Source: Aplysia californica | Taxonomy: Eukaryota | Reading direction: 5' to 3' | DNA: 64,000 bases | NCBI RefSeq assembly: GCF_000002075.1 | Contig: NW_004797702.1 | Span: 453,487-517,486 of the forward strand | Shown: piece by piece, positions 50,485-63,370 of the stretch | Numbering within the stretch: position 1 is the stretch's first letter | How the letters are laid out: every line of letters starts with the position of its first letter | Notes under the pieces: model-generated | Database searches by the model: none | What the model saw: the letters and a program-made list of their open reading frames with translations, nothing else | What the model was told of the DNA's origin: nothing | Program-made: the position numbers and the translations under genes

Positions 50485-50571
50485 CTTTTCCTCTTCCTTT
50501 TCCAGTTTATCTAAAGTAGCATCAACAGCGTCATAAAATTCATCTTCTGTTATCATGCAGTGTGGTCCCTC
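50485..50571 (-). CDS. CERT1: CERT FFAT-motif exon
   Basis: EGPHCMITEDEFYDAVDATLDKLEKEEEK (human EGPNSLINEEEFFDAVE). Canonical sites. Confidence 0.95.
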
Positions 50572-50589
50572 CTGAAACACAAAGACATT

Positions 50590-50905
50590 ATTTTAATAAT
50601 GATAGACAGCATTCGTATAGTGCAAATCCCCACTCAACAGCTAGCTCTATGCGCCTTACAATCTATACTATCACCCCAGCAGACAGGAGAGTATTCTGAA
50701 ACAAGCTCAACTTCCTGGGAAGCATACAGTACAAGCTGCCATTTATAGGTGCTAAAACACGAACATACTGACAAGATCTTTCAACGTCTATGGCCGGGTA
50801 CCCATTTCCACCTGGGTGAAGTGACGAAAATTCGTGTAAAGTGCCTTTCCCAAAGACACAACGTCGGGCCCGCGGCTCAAACCTCTGAACCCACAACTTC
50901 ACGAT
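50590..50905 (-). mobile_element. tRNA-derived SINE related to 31137-31445
   Basis: Reverse complement contains GTGTCTTTGGGAAAGGCACT..CACCCAGGTGGAAATGGGTACC. Confidence 0.75.
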
Positions 50906-51536
50906 TACTTCACTACGGTAACAGTATTTATGGTGATAAAAATGTTCAATGGATTTTAATATTTGAAATATAAAACCTTATCATAATATCAAAATTATGT
51001 ATACACAAGAGATATGTTTCAAATATACTCACACAGAAAATAATTACTATTCTTTCAAGAAAAAAAGAATCCAGCAAAACATTGTACATGGTCTAAAATG
51101 AGATATAACCATAATGTAGTTTGTAACTAAATATGTTAACTAGAAGTACAGAGAAGCAGATATGCATTGACATAGTCATGAAGTAAATTAATTCTTTTAA
51201 GGTACATGCATCTTACCATATCATTTTTAAAAGCATTCACTGAGACGCTGGGAAATGATGAAAAAAATTCTTCGCAGAATGAGAACATTTTTTAAAACCA
51301 TTTGGATTCTGCCTTTAAACGACAGCATGTCTGCCAGGGTCATCAATGAACGATGCCTTAGAGGCCAGACAATAATACACAAAAGAAAAAAACACACCAA
51401 AATAACAGAAGAAGGGGAGAATATTTGACCCTATCAAAGGCACTCTCTAACCAAGGACATACTTTGTCGACTCCAAACACAGAGACTTTACTTTACATTC
51501 TTATTCCACAAGTACACACCCAAGTTCAACACAAAC

Positions 51537-51629
51537 CTCATAGTCTGGTCCTCCAACAATGACTTTCTTGTTCCTGTCGGACATTAAGGTTTTGTATGCA
51601 TCCTCAAACTTCTTCCGTTTCTCCACTTC
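51537..51629 (-). CDS. CERT1: CERT coiled-coil region exon
   Basis: EVEKRKKFEDAYKTLMSDRNKKVIVGGPDYE contains the GGPDYE signature. Confidence 0.95.
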
Positions 51630-51996
51630 CTGCAGACAAACAAAAGTAGTTGCATCATAAAAAGTTTAGTAGAAAGAGTTTTACGGCACTTGCAACACAA
51701 TAAGTGCCGAAGATTAGAGGTGTTATAAGAGAGAAACAAACACAAAATAGAAGGAGGGGAGATCAGGACGATAGATGTTTCATAAAAAGCATTTGTACAT
51801 TTATATAAATCTTAAACAACTGCATAATGAAAATCATTTTTTTAAATAGCAATAACAAAATAAAGCATTTATACTGCTATTTACCATATTCCCTTGAAGT
51901 TCCTCACATAAAATATGAGGGGTGCACTCTTCTACACCATTCCCACTTCTGCCCCCCCCCCCCCCCCCCAAAAAAATGAAACCAAAGAGCACTCAC

Positions 51997-52151
51997 TCTA
52001 TCCATTCTCTTTTTCCAAGCCTCTTCTCTCTGACCCATCAGTTCTATGCAGTGGGACAGAGTCGCAATGATCCCTGCTGTGGTGGCTTTGAAGGTGAAGG
52101 CTTCTCCTTTGAAGTCCACAGCATGCCCCCCATGCTGCTGTAGTATGGATG
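51997..52151 (-). CDS. CERT1: CERT middle-region exon
   Basis: [52 protein letters not shown] contains the [15 protein letters not shown] signature. Confidence 0.97.
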
Positions 52152-52627
52152 CTACAGAGCAAACAAAAACAAAAAAAGACATAATGGACTACAACAAAAA
52201 ATAAAATAAATAATAAATAAGCATCTAACATTGTTAGATGAATGTTGCTGCGGTAAGATTATGAAAAACAAACATTTTCTAAAATCAAAAGTACAGATGG
52301 CGAAAGTGATCGGACTTTCCAGTTCAAACTTCCTCACTGACTTCTCTGTATTCCTCAGTCAAACTGTATTCCTCTGTCAAATAAATGGTTGTAAAATAAT
52401 TGTTTGATGCAATTTACTTGTTAGAAATAATTCTCCAGACAGAAGTAGTGAGCCACAGATGTATTTGTCATTCCTCTGTTTTTTGTGATAGAAAAAAAAA
52501 CGCTTTGTAAAAAAAAAAAAAACGAATCAGAAAACTCAAACAGTTCAAGGCCCAGTAGCAATTGTGGGCTGAAATGAGGACTAAAATTTTAGTATTGTAA
52601 ACTGACAAGATATGGTCGCTTTTAAGG

Positions 52628-52830
52628 ACAAGCGAGCTAACCCATATTTCGGTGGTTTCCAGAAATCTTGACCTACACCAAAAGTGGGCATCGCCCTACC
52701 TATAGGAGAAGTTTTGGTTTCATTGGTGTGTATCTTTGTTTGGTTATAGAGAAAGCTCTCCTTGTCTTTTAAAGAAACTGAACAAGGGCAAAAACTTTAC
52801 CTTCAATTTTCTCAAAACAGTAATTTTCGG
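52628..52830 (-). repeat. Inverted copy of the 18890-19110 repeat
   Basis: Reverse-complement colinearity. Confidence 0.8.
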
Positions 52831-53195
52831 GATAGCCCCCTTGTCCTTAAAAGCAACCATATATTCCTGAATGTAACCAATGTTATTTTTTATTCAAAAG
52901 TAAAAAGTCAGAACTAAAAGCACAGGAAACAGTATTGAACCTATTACACAGCATTAACAAAACATGCACTACCTTTCCTTTCCAAGTACTTCTCGGTACC
53001 ATCATACACCTAAAAACATTGCATTTTACTTTTACTATGAATTACTCGTATGCAATATCTGGCAAAGATCTACAGTACTGCCAATCAAAAAACATTTCCC
53101 TGAAAAAATTTACTTCCTAGAAAAAAAAAATTACTACCCAGAAAATCAATCCCCACACCTGTTCAAAAAGGGAGTTCATTTGCGCCATCAATAAC

Positions 53196-53636
53196 ATATG
53201 TGAGGAAGCGTGGTGGAATTAGGCTCTCGTCAAAATAATGAAATTGAAGAAAACAGCAGTTTTCTCCCTGATTCGCAATTTTTATCAAACTTTTGCTTTT
53301 TGGCTCAACACCTTTTATGTCCATTTACGAACACATTCCTTTGAGGATTTCACCGAAAACGTTGATTAAAGGTACAAAAATATAAATCTACAGTTTTCAT
53401 GGACTCTCCAGCTTTGGAATTTACCAAGCTTTGGCGGCCATTTTCTCACTAATTTTACCTCTTAAACCAGGTGACCCCCACCTCCTTCAATCCAAAATAT
53501 CTCCACTTCTATTGAAGATGGATGGGTAATTTTTTCATTGAAAGCAAGACAAATGAACAAGCTTTAAGATGATACCAATAACTCAATATGCCCAAAAATT
53601 GACGAGAGCCTGATTCCACCACGCTGCCTCACATAT
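53196..53636. mobile_element. ~440-bp MITE family B, best-preserved copy
   Basis: ~38-bp TIRs: ATATGTGAGGAAGCGTGGTGGAATTAGGCTCTCGTCAA vs reverse complement ATATGTGAGGCAGCGTGGTGGAATCAGGCTCTCGTCAA. Superfamily unassigned. Confidence 0.88.
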
Positions 53637-55049
53637 TAATATTACTTATGTGTATGGAACAAAAATAACACACAACAAAGTCCAGTTGACAAAATGGAGG
53701 ATAGACAGATGATCGCACGCTAGCTCGCCGCTTGATTTAGATATAATGCATGCACACAGGGTGACTGCCAAACAGGCTTCTCAATTTTCCAGGGGGTCAT
53801 CCATTTTCCACGGGCATGTTACATAACAACACACACACACACACAATATATCCAGTTAACAACATGTCAGTGTCGCACTGGGGTCTTGTTTGACTTAAGC
53901 ATTTCAGTCTGTAATATTTTCCTCTCATCATTATTTAAAAAAAGAATCCTGCTTTGAGCATACGGAAGGGCCTAGAACCAGAATATCTACTGTCAAGAAC
54001 CAGTCTGGGTGTCATGATTCATATTATGAACATGAAAGACAAAAAGTATTGCTCAAACTCAAAGTAGAGCAATAACTTGAATGGCTCAAGTAGACCCATG
54101 CAGTGTGAAAGTTGTAACAACTGAGGGAGGGCAAGATGCAATGACACTGAAAATCTGCCAGCCTTGAACAGAAAGCTACAATATAGTTATAATTTACTAT
54201 CACCCATCCAATGAAACGCACACACTTTAGTTCAATAACACGGCTTACAAGATGAAAGATCCCAATTCCATACATGGCTTGCACCAAAGCGCTTTGTAGA
54301 GAGCTCTACATCTAAACAAAATTCTTAAATTTGCATCCAAGTTTTTGTCCTCTGATGTTGCCTTCAGCCCTGCCCCTGAGTGTATCTTTAAAAAAAAAAT
54401 CAATAATCCCCTCCCCTATTCATAGTCCTAGGCCTATAATGCGAGGCGCAAGCGCGCAGGTTCACTGAACGGTCACGATGGCGAGCCCGACAATCTAAAA
54501 ATCGGACAGAGCTTATTTTTTTGTTTCTTTTTCTTTTCTCCATAAGTGACAGCACAGTGATGAGTCCGAGTATTGATTAAATTTTATGTGTACGGCGACA
54601 CAGCGTCTATATTGCGCAACCTGCTTGTTACAAATGTTGCGTTATCAAAGTATCGCCGGTAAATTTCTGAGTGGTAACGAAAGCGAAAGTAGATCTTGAT
54701 TTTCCCAATCGGAGTCTCATACAATTCCGTCTGCCGCCTGTTCGCGTGAAACGTACTCTCGGACCGGAAAAAAACTGAACGAATATTATATCACAATCGC
54801 AACCAGCAAAAATGAACTTACTGACCTTATCGGATTTGGTTTTCAAATATTTGAGTTCTGCGATACTGATACTACTACTAAGATCGATCCCTCAAAATGA
54901 CGGCAAATACAAAGAATAAAAGACATGCAACGCGACAAGCTGTCTAGAGTGTCAGGCCTCTACAAAAGATGGGACTTTGTAATCGCTGAGTACCGCGGCT
55001 AAGACTCTATTCTCTAAAAAGTCTTGCCGGGCTCATTACTTTGTACGCA

Positions 55050-55160
55050 GGTTTAATTTACGACTGTTTACTACTGTCATGGCACATTTACTACCATTTA
55101 CGACCTTTACGATCAGGGCACTGAATTTACGATTTTTTTACGACCTTGCTGAACTCCCTG
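55050..55160. mobile_element. Probable hAT-like transposon end with TTTACGAC subterminal repeats
   Basis: About six TTTAC(G/T)A(C/T) motifs ending in ..GAACTCCCTG. The partner TIR was not located. Confidence 0.4.
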
Positions 55161-55178
55161 AAAGAAGAATGTACTTAC

Positions 55179-55286
55179 CTAAATCTTTGCCTTTGAGACC
55201 TTCTAGTCTGTGACTTGAGTGCACGTCATGAGCAGAGGCACTATGTGGTAAGTCCAGATCATCATCTAAATCATCATGCTCTGACA
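55179..55286 (-). CDS. CERT1: CERT middle-region acidic exon
   Basis: LSEHDDLDDDLDLPHSASAHDVHSSHRLEGLKGKDL. ACACAG| acceptor, G|GTAAGT donor, 108 nt, phase 1-1. It corresponds in position to the variable acidic segment of human CERT. Confidence 0.85.
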
Positions 55287-56667
55287 CTGTGTTAAAAAAA
55301 AGTCAAAAGAAAATTTGAACATCCATCTCCCCTGATATAAAAACTGTAAGAATAAAATAAATAAAATTTAATTCTGTTATAAACCAGCTGACTGAAATCA
55401 TCAAGGACATGGTAAGTAGTTGAGCTTTTTTACACTAATACATAATAGCAACCACAGTACACCAAGAAGCAGACCAGGACACTAGTAACACTGGAGAAAA
55501 AGAAGTAACGATATAAGACCAAAGCTGAGACTCAGCTTATAGCTCACTCTAAAAGTGAGCCATATTTTTTTAACAGATTAAATAGGGAACACTTATTATA
55601 TTCCTTGTATTTGTTCGAGTCAAAGAGGCATGTAACTTCATAATAGCAGACAACAGCCTGGACAACAGGCAAAATAAAAGAGATTTTTTTTAAAAGACAC
55701 TTGATGAACCTTGGCATACTCAAGTAGTCATTTTAACAAAATAAAATCAAAGCAAAAATTATAGCAAAATTTTCAACAGCCAAGTTGGTGACTGACCACA
55801 AAAAAGATTGGGTTGAAAACAAAGATACAACACATATCCTCTCCTAAGCTCACAAACACCAGTCACTGTTGTCCTCTCAGTCTTACACTGACTTTGATAA
55901 ACTAAGAACACTGATTCCCTCACTGTTGAATATGCTGAAAGTTTTTTCCATCAGAGAAACCAGTAACCAATTTCAACTGCACTTATCCTCCAGGGTAAAA
56001 AAGTCCAAAAAAGTTCCTCCTGGACCCTCACAATGAAAAGCTGTAGTCTTCCATTATAATACTACACAAAATGTTGTAAGAATTTTGATCATTTACCAAA
56101 AAAAGAAAGTATTGCAAACCATAGAAACTGACAAAAGAAACGAACTACAACTGAACACTATGAAACTTTTAAAAGAAGAAAATCAAAGGTAAAGAACAGT
56201 TCATCAATGAAGAAAAAAGGTCATAGTTTCCTGAGTAACTGGCCCAAAGTATCCGGCAAACACATGATGCATGTTTAGACCAAAAAAAATATAGAATTCA
56301 TATTTTCATATATGCTAAAAAAAAACACCCATTCATTAATGGAAACATTTAATGTAAAGAGTTATACACATAATATACAGTTAGCCTTCATTGATCATAT
56401 AGTTCATACAATGAGTGAACCCATGTGAAGAATACATTTCACAACCCGTCAATACGACCCAAATTGCAGTGAATAAAGGAGTTTTCCAGCTCATCATTGA
56501 AAGTACAGGTAAGATCAACTCTACTTCTAAAAACATAACATCATACAAAAGTGATTACAAGCCTGATGACTTGATACTTAAGAGAAAAAACTTTCAGACA
56601 GCAAATTTATCCCCAATATGTGTGCTAATTACAAAATCAAAGATGTATCATTCTGAGGTCAGCTTAC

Positions 56668-56800
56668 ACTCTTGTACAGCCCCATGCGTCACAGCAGATG
56701 CACAAGAGTCAAAGTAACTCTGCAAGGTGTCAATCTGTCGGCAGAGAATGTCCCGGAAAGTCTCCATCTCTGCCAGCTTTTCCTTCAACCCACGTCCCCG
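56668..56800 (-). CDS. CERT1: CERT middle-region exon
   Basis: RGRGLKEKLAEMETFRDILCRQIDTLQSYFDSCASAVTHGAVQE contains the EKLAEMETFRDILCRQ signature. Confidence 0.97.
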
Positions 56801-57989
56801 CTGAAGAAGCCATGTGAATAGACAAGACAAATTTACATTATGAGTCATCATACAACCAGCGACTGCCACTTCCTTATTTGTTTGATTCTTATCCATTTGA
56901 AACAGCAAGACTCATTTGGGTATTTTTAGTATCACTGACTAAACAAAACATGAGTGTTTCCAAAGCCATATCCTTTTGGCCCATTAACTTTCATTCTTCA
57001 CATCGTTTTTTACTGATAACAAGGCCACAGGTAAAGTGACAGTTTTAAAAAAGCATAAAAAGCACAAACCCAACAATCTATTCTTCATTTAATACCATAG
57101 TCAGTTCTTAGCTTTTAGTAAGGCTTTCATGGCACTTGCATCACATATAGGTCAGATGAGTGTCAAGAATAACGTACAAAATAAAAGAAAGACAAAAGAT
57201 AACGACAACAGATAGCAAACCCCACCAGAGCACCTGTCAACCACTCACTCACCATAGTCACTTTTGCCACAGAAAACAATTATCACAATTTTTTCAAATG
57301 AATCTGCTACACATCTATAACCAAGGGAAAGCTACAGAATAGAACACAAACCTTCACTTCAACAAGGATAACTACATCCAAGTATGTACACACACATTCT
57401 CATCCCTTTTACATAGTTAATTTATATACCAAATTTTTGCATACATACATACATAACACATTATCTGATCACTTATGATTACTTTGCCGCATGAAAAATG
57501 TTCACAAATGGTTTCATAGAAATGAAAGCAGCTAATCAAATATGCAAGCCTTAGGGCAAACAGGACTTCTATTATTATCCTGTAACTCTCTACAATGCTA
57601 TGTATTTTTGTTTCCTCCTATTTATCACTGAGTGGCAGAGAGCAAAAATTGCCCGGTTCACTTGTACATTGATGATAACATGCACAAAAAGTTAAACGTT
57701 TTCTGGTTGAACTCAAGAGAAGAGCATCAATATAAAATGGACTAGGAGCAGGTGAAAATTTGAACAGAAAATAAAACTTATAGATTTTTTTCTGCTCCTC
57801 CCCATTACACCTCAAATATATTTTCTTAAAATGACATGTAACAAGAAAATGTAGCCCCAAACAAAGCCATTTGACCCTTCGGCCTTTAAAAAAAAAAATC
57901 TTGTTTAACATCTTGGCTATTCATTCAAAGAACGATTGATATAGCAGACCAATGACAGAGAGCAGACAGAGATCTGGTCTACTACACAC

Positions 57990-58094
57990 CTTGAATGACG
58001 ATGTCGATGCCTGGGATATGCTTGTCCCCGAGGCCAGAGAGAGCATCGAGCCATGGCGCCGAAGGTTGTTCTCACTGCCATAGCTGGAGTCTGC
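57990..58094 (-). CDS. CERT1: CERT serine-repeat (SR) motif exon
   Basis: ADSSYGSENNLRRHGSMLSLASGTSISQASTSSFK retains the PKD site LRRHGS (human S132) and the downstream SxxS series. NAGNAG acceptor. Confidence 0.96.
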
Positions 58095-58408
58095 CTGCTG
58101 ATGGTGAAACAATACAACTTTTTTCTTTTTCTTTATTAACCGATTGTTGAGCACAGCAACTGGAAAAATTAATTGCCCAGTGTATGAACATTCTCCCCGT
58201 TTTCAGGAAAATGCACATTAAAAATGAGGACAGCACCAGGAAAACACTGGAAGCTGGGTTTTTTTTTAAAGAATGACACAAGCAAAATATATATTTTCTT
58301 TAAGGGAAATATAATAACCATGCATTGGTACAATATTTTTCAGTTTTTTAATGTGCAAAAGTCTGGCGAGGCTAGAAATCTTGTTCGGAAAAAAATAATG
58401 AAAATTAA

Positions 58409-58828
58409 TATTTGTGAGGCAGCGTAGTGAAATCAAGCGCTCGTCAAAATAATCAAAGTGAAAAAACTGGCATTTTTCCGCAGGTTTGTGAATTTTTTTC
58501 CAATTTTTGTTTTGTGGCTCTAAACCTTTCTGAGTAGATTTTACTGAAAACCAAAATTAAAGGCACAAAAAAAGTAAATTTTCAGTCTCCATAGACTCTC
58601 AAGCTAAGGAAATAACTCATCTTTGGTGGAAATTTTCTCACTAATTTTACCTCTGAAACCAGGTGAACCCCACCTCCATCATTCGTAAATATCTTGACTT
58701 CCATTCAAGATAAATGGATATTTTTTTCATCCAAAGCAAGACAAATGAACATGCTTTAAGATGATACCACCAATAACTCTACATGCACAAAATTGACGAG
58801 AGCCTGATTCCATCGCGTCGTGACACAT
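58409..58828. mobile_element. MITE family B copy
   Basis: TIRs TTTGTGAGGCAGCGTAGTGAAATCAAGCGCTCGTCAA and TTGACGAGAGCCTGATTCCATCGCGTCGTGACACA. Confidence 0.82.
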
Positions 58829-59867
58829 TTTATTATGTAGGCTAAACCTAATAGAGTGGTCACATAAAAATAAAAAGGATTAAAAGGATTTTAATTTTTT
58901 TTAAGGTTTAAAATCAGGAGTGAATGCTAGTGCACGTTGAACAAGGTATCCATTAACAACATATAAAATCTCAAGGGAGCTAAGACTAGACAAGCAGAAT
59001 ACTGTTATTCTATCCATGTTTATCAGAAAATATATGCGGTGAGATAATAGAATATATGTCTTACATTTCATAGAACTAAGTACATCTAATCTACCACAAC
59101 ATTCTGCTACAACTCGGACACAAAACGCAAAGGTTTTCATAAACTATATCAGTCTGAAAAAAGAGATGAGGTAGGCGCACTAAGGACAGAAGGAACTGCT
59201 CTTGCCATAAGTAATTCTATCAGGAGAAATAAATAGGGGATCAAATTAAATAAATACAGCGTTCATCGAAAATAAATAGCATTTTTTCTTCATTGTGACC
59301 ATTCTATGTCAGTCGGACAGAAAGTCTGAGTTAGACCACTCATAAAAAAAAGACTGACATTTCAAATTCATTCCAAATTGTCTACCCTCAACCCCAAATT
59401 GTCATACCCTGATAATGATATAATGATGCATCATCTTTTATCAACAAGCAAGTGATCTCACAACTGTTTATAACATGTTCAACTGACTAACCAGTGGAAC
59501 AACAATATTTCAGGTAGAATCAGAAGGGGATGCTTGTAGCAGCATTTAAGTTTCTAAACGTAAATTAAGGGTTCTTTCTTGGTTTTAATAAGAGTTTTAT
59601 GGGACTTTCAACAAAAAAAGGTCATATTAGAGCCGAAGATTTGAGGTGTTATGTTACAAGAGAGAACAAACACCAAATAAAGGAGGAAAGAAAGGTTCGA
59701 TCTAGAAAAAAAACCCCAAAAAACAGATATACTCAACCCACAATGAGGGATCACATCTTCTAATTGACCTATCTATGCCCTGTACACCATTAAACCCATA
59801 TAAAAACAACTGCTAAGAGCATAAAGCAAAAAAAATCATGACATCTTATGAAATTCAATAGTCTGTT

Positions 59868-60220
59868 TTGTTGTTTTAGTATGGTTTTACGACGCTCGCA
59901 GCAGCATAAGGTCATATGAGCGCCAAGGGTGGATGTCAACTGAGAAGTCCATACAGGGAATCATGCTTACTCTGCTCACCTCTCTAGCCTCAAAATCACA
60001 AAGTCTACTTCGACTATCAAGGCACCCCGGAAACAGAAGTTCACAAGAGAGTGACAAACATACAAAAGAAGTAGAGGAACAAAGGACAATAGTAAGGATG
60101 AGGAAAGAAAAAGCAGCAGTTCCCCCTATGTTGTTCCGGCACAGAATGAGCATGACATTGATATATCAACCCATTTTCAATTCTACAGTGCATAAGAACA
60201 TGTTAATATCCCCCCTTTGG
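59868..60220 (-). mobile_element. Retroposon 3' fragment homologous to 11935-12292
   Basis: Reverse-complement colinearity, including the stem-loop tail. Confidence 0.8.
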
Positions 60221-60474
60221 GTCAATGGTCTCATTTTATCTAGAGCGAACAAGTCAGAAAAATCAATCACATCAGTTAATCATGTATACACTAGTATGCA
60301 ACATCTGTGCAAATATAGAAATCACATTTTGTAAGCGGGTACTTACGATTTAGCCCTCACACACACAAACGCACAAACACACACACAAAAGGAAGATCAA
60401 TAGAAACAAGCAATCAATTCACAATCGTCAAGACCCTCAACAGAGTGTTGCTGAGAAAGGTAAATCACATGTAC

Positions 60475-60591
60475 CTTATGCAGCTCAATGGCATCAATCC
60501 AAGTCTGTCTTTCCTCAGGCGTTGCTGCTCTGAGGTACCAAACGCTGTCATTTACGCTGACATCGAACCTGCACTCATCAAACTGATGGGG
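60475..60591 (-). CDS. CERT1: CERT PH domain C-terminal exon (upstream exons outside the window)
   Basis: [39 protein letters not shown] (human [39 protein letters not shown]). TTCCAG| acceptor, AAG|GTACAT donor. Confidence 0.97.
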
Positions 60592-62069
60592 CTGGAAGAA
60601 AAAAATGACTCTCTTGAAAAACAATTCTGAGTTTCCATTCACTCAAGCAGATCAATGGAGCTGGGTGGCGTCAACTGTTTAACTGTGGGCATCAGTAATT
60701 TCGTTGAATATTTCTCCTAACAATAAAACCAGATTTTTAAAAAAAATTATTTTAGTTATGTGCATGTCCATTCCTTTTTTTGAAGACAAGAGTGCCGTTA
60801 GGCCTATAATATTGTGCAGGTAATGCAGATCTGAATCTCAGCAAAAACAATTGTGTTTCAGAGAGTTTTTAATGTGTCCGTTCCCATTGACTATTGAGGA
60901 TGTCAGTTTGTAAGTCCTGCCCCTCAAAAGACTAATGATGAGTTGTATGCAGAGTGAAATTCAATTCAAACAAATGTGTGTTTAATTAACAAAAGCTGCA
61001 ACTCCACTGTCAACAAATTTCTATCGTAATACATTTAGAATTCATGACTGAGACCGCTTGTTTAAAGGCTTGGTTGCATTCGAACACTTATCCTGGAATA
61101 TTTAGCAGAGACATCAAAACTTGATCGAATTTCATGAAACTCTAGTTTTTCTGTGAATTTAACTTAACATTTTCCTTTATCTTCTCTCAGAAAATTATGA
61201 ATCTTAAATATAAAGGTCGGTGTGCATTGGACCTTAAAAAAAGCTGACCCATTCACAGTCATTTCTTTCCCTTCATTAGCATAGCATTGTGACAGATGCT
61301 GTTTATTTGTTTCAATAAGTTATCAAACCATAGTTCTCTGGTTCTCACTTGCACCCATAACAACATACACCACTCATACAAATAGCCAAATATATTTTTA
61401 CCTGTGTTTTTTATTTAACTTTTTTTTATCTCCCCTTCTTTATTTCCCAATGAGCAAGAGTATTGCCTACAGGCCATTAATTCACCATAGAAGAAATAAG
61501 GGAAGTCAAAGAATAAGAGTTAAGCTGTGCCCCTTAAAACCACCTTTGAACACGGTCTATTTCGTATTGACCAGGTTCTTAGTTAAAACACAATCCATTA
61601 TACGACATAAAAATCATGTACTAATCCCAAAGTATGAAATATTCGAAATATGACTGAAACATCTTTGAGAGTTAGTTATCTAGTTTTAATTTACAAAAAA
61701 AGATAATTTTGAAATGGTTGTAATGCCATAACACTATACGTGTAAGAACCCTAAACAGCAAACAAACAACCGGACGTTTCAAAATTTAATCAGGCTTAAC
61801 ATTCCTAAATGAAAGCTAATTAAAGTGCCTTGGGTGAAAGGTTCCGTCACAGCTGCCAGGGTGATTAAGGTCACCGAAGACGGAGATGAATACTACAATA
61901 AAAAAACAAATTGTAGTCTGGACAGGCATGAAGTACATCTGATTTAAACATAATTAATCAAAACATGAACTTAAGCTCAGTCTCTATGCTTAAATTTGCT
62001 TTACACAGCCTCAAAATAACTATTAGACTACAGATACAAGGAGCTGGTTTAGCTGAAGGTTTACCGGAG

Positions 62070-62890
62070 TCCCACCCAGGGGTGAAACGTCTACACTTTC
62101 ATAATTAAATAATCACTAATTCCCTTCCGTCATTTGAGAACATAATCTCCGTCAAATACACAATACACCCATAGATGTTGGCTTTATAAATTTAAATAAT
62201 TTAAATTTGACCTATGTGCACAACACTCAAAATTGTTTCATTGCATCATACCCTGTTCACCCTTTTTGAGCCACTTTTATTTAAAGCAGTCACAAGCACT
62301 GATTATGTAAGCTAACAATTGGACTGGTAAAGTCAAGTCCACCTCAAAGAGATAAGGGGGGTGAACTCCTAAATATCTTGTGGCTGCTATGAGTGCTTCT
62401 TTTTTTCCCCTAAACTTTTTACCGCTCTACGATCAGGTCCAGATATGATTTCCTCGCCACAAAAAGCTAACCAAGACAAAGACATCCAAATTTGAAGCCA
62501 AATTACTAATTTTAATACATAATTAATTTTAATATTGTCATCTCTGCTTCTTAGCCGGCTTCTGTTTGTGTATTCACATCTTAACTTTAGATTTGCTGGT
62601 GAAAAATCTTGAGACCATTATTCACACAGCGTTTTAAACATTTATAATTACATTTTGCCCACAGTAGGAATAAAATCATGATTTATCATCTCGATTATTT
62701 TTAATTTTGACGGGTGAACATACAATTATATGAATTCAGGATTTGTTTTCATTCGCAACTGAGTGATGCCGCCTCCAATAAGAAGTTTTGTTAATTACGT
62801 TCCTATTTTCGGAAAGTTTTTCGTGTGTGGGCTCATTTCTACCTGGTTCTTCCTCTCACTTTGATTACCTTGTCAAACAAGCTAACGTTC
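62070..62890 (-). repeat. Inverted copy of the unclassified repeat at 12570-13340
   Basis: Reverse-complement colinearity over ~0.8 kb. Confidence 0.75.
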
Positions 62891-63193
62891 GTCCCTGGTC
62901 CCACCCGATCGACCATGGTCTACTGTGAAGTCTCTCTGATTTGCTACAGTGATGAAAGTACAGGGGGCATTTAGATTTAGACCAAAGTTGGTAACATTAT
63001 ACAATTTTATTGCAGTGTTTGTGGGTAGGTTGATTCATGTTGTGGTGTCTCAAAGAATTTTAAAGAACTTTAAAGTTTGTGCTTCTGGTTCATATTTTAC
63101 TTTTATATAGACCCATCTTATTTATAGATATTCTAAAGCACTTTTCCTGTTCATTTCTATCTGCTTTACACAAATTTTGACTTTTTATAAATA

Positions 63194-63370
63194 CAGTATA
63201 ACACGTATTGGTTGAACGCTGAAGACTTGAAATCACGCATCCTTCCAACTGTGTCTGCGGTCCCTTTTTTTTTCTTCTTTATACCTGTTACATATTTCTC
63301 TCGAACTACGGATTCTTCGAACTACCGAGGCCTGTCCCGACGAATTCGAGCTATCCATGTTATAATACTG
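63194..63370. mobile_element. Possible degenerate pogo/Tigger-like MITE
   Basis: TA|CAGTATAACACG on the left and CATGTTATAATACTG on the right, with internal TCGAACTAC repeats. Confidence 0.35.

Noticed and set aside
61762-61797. Minus-strand AAGCCTGATTAAATTTTGAAACGTCCGGTTGTTT resembling a minimal Penelope-type hammerhead
   Set aside because: The core is CUGAUUA (essential G8 missing) and stem II is essentially absent. At best a dead relic, possibly chance.
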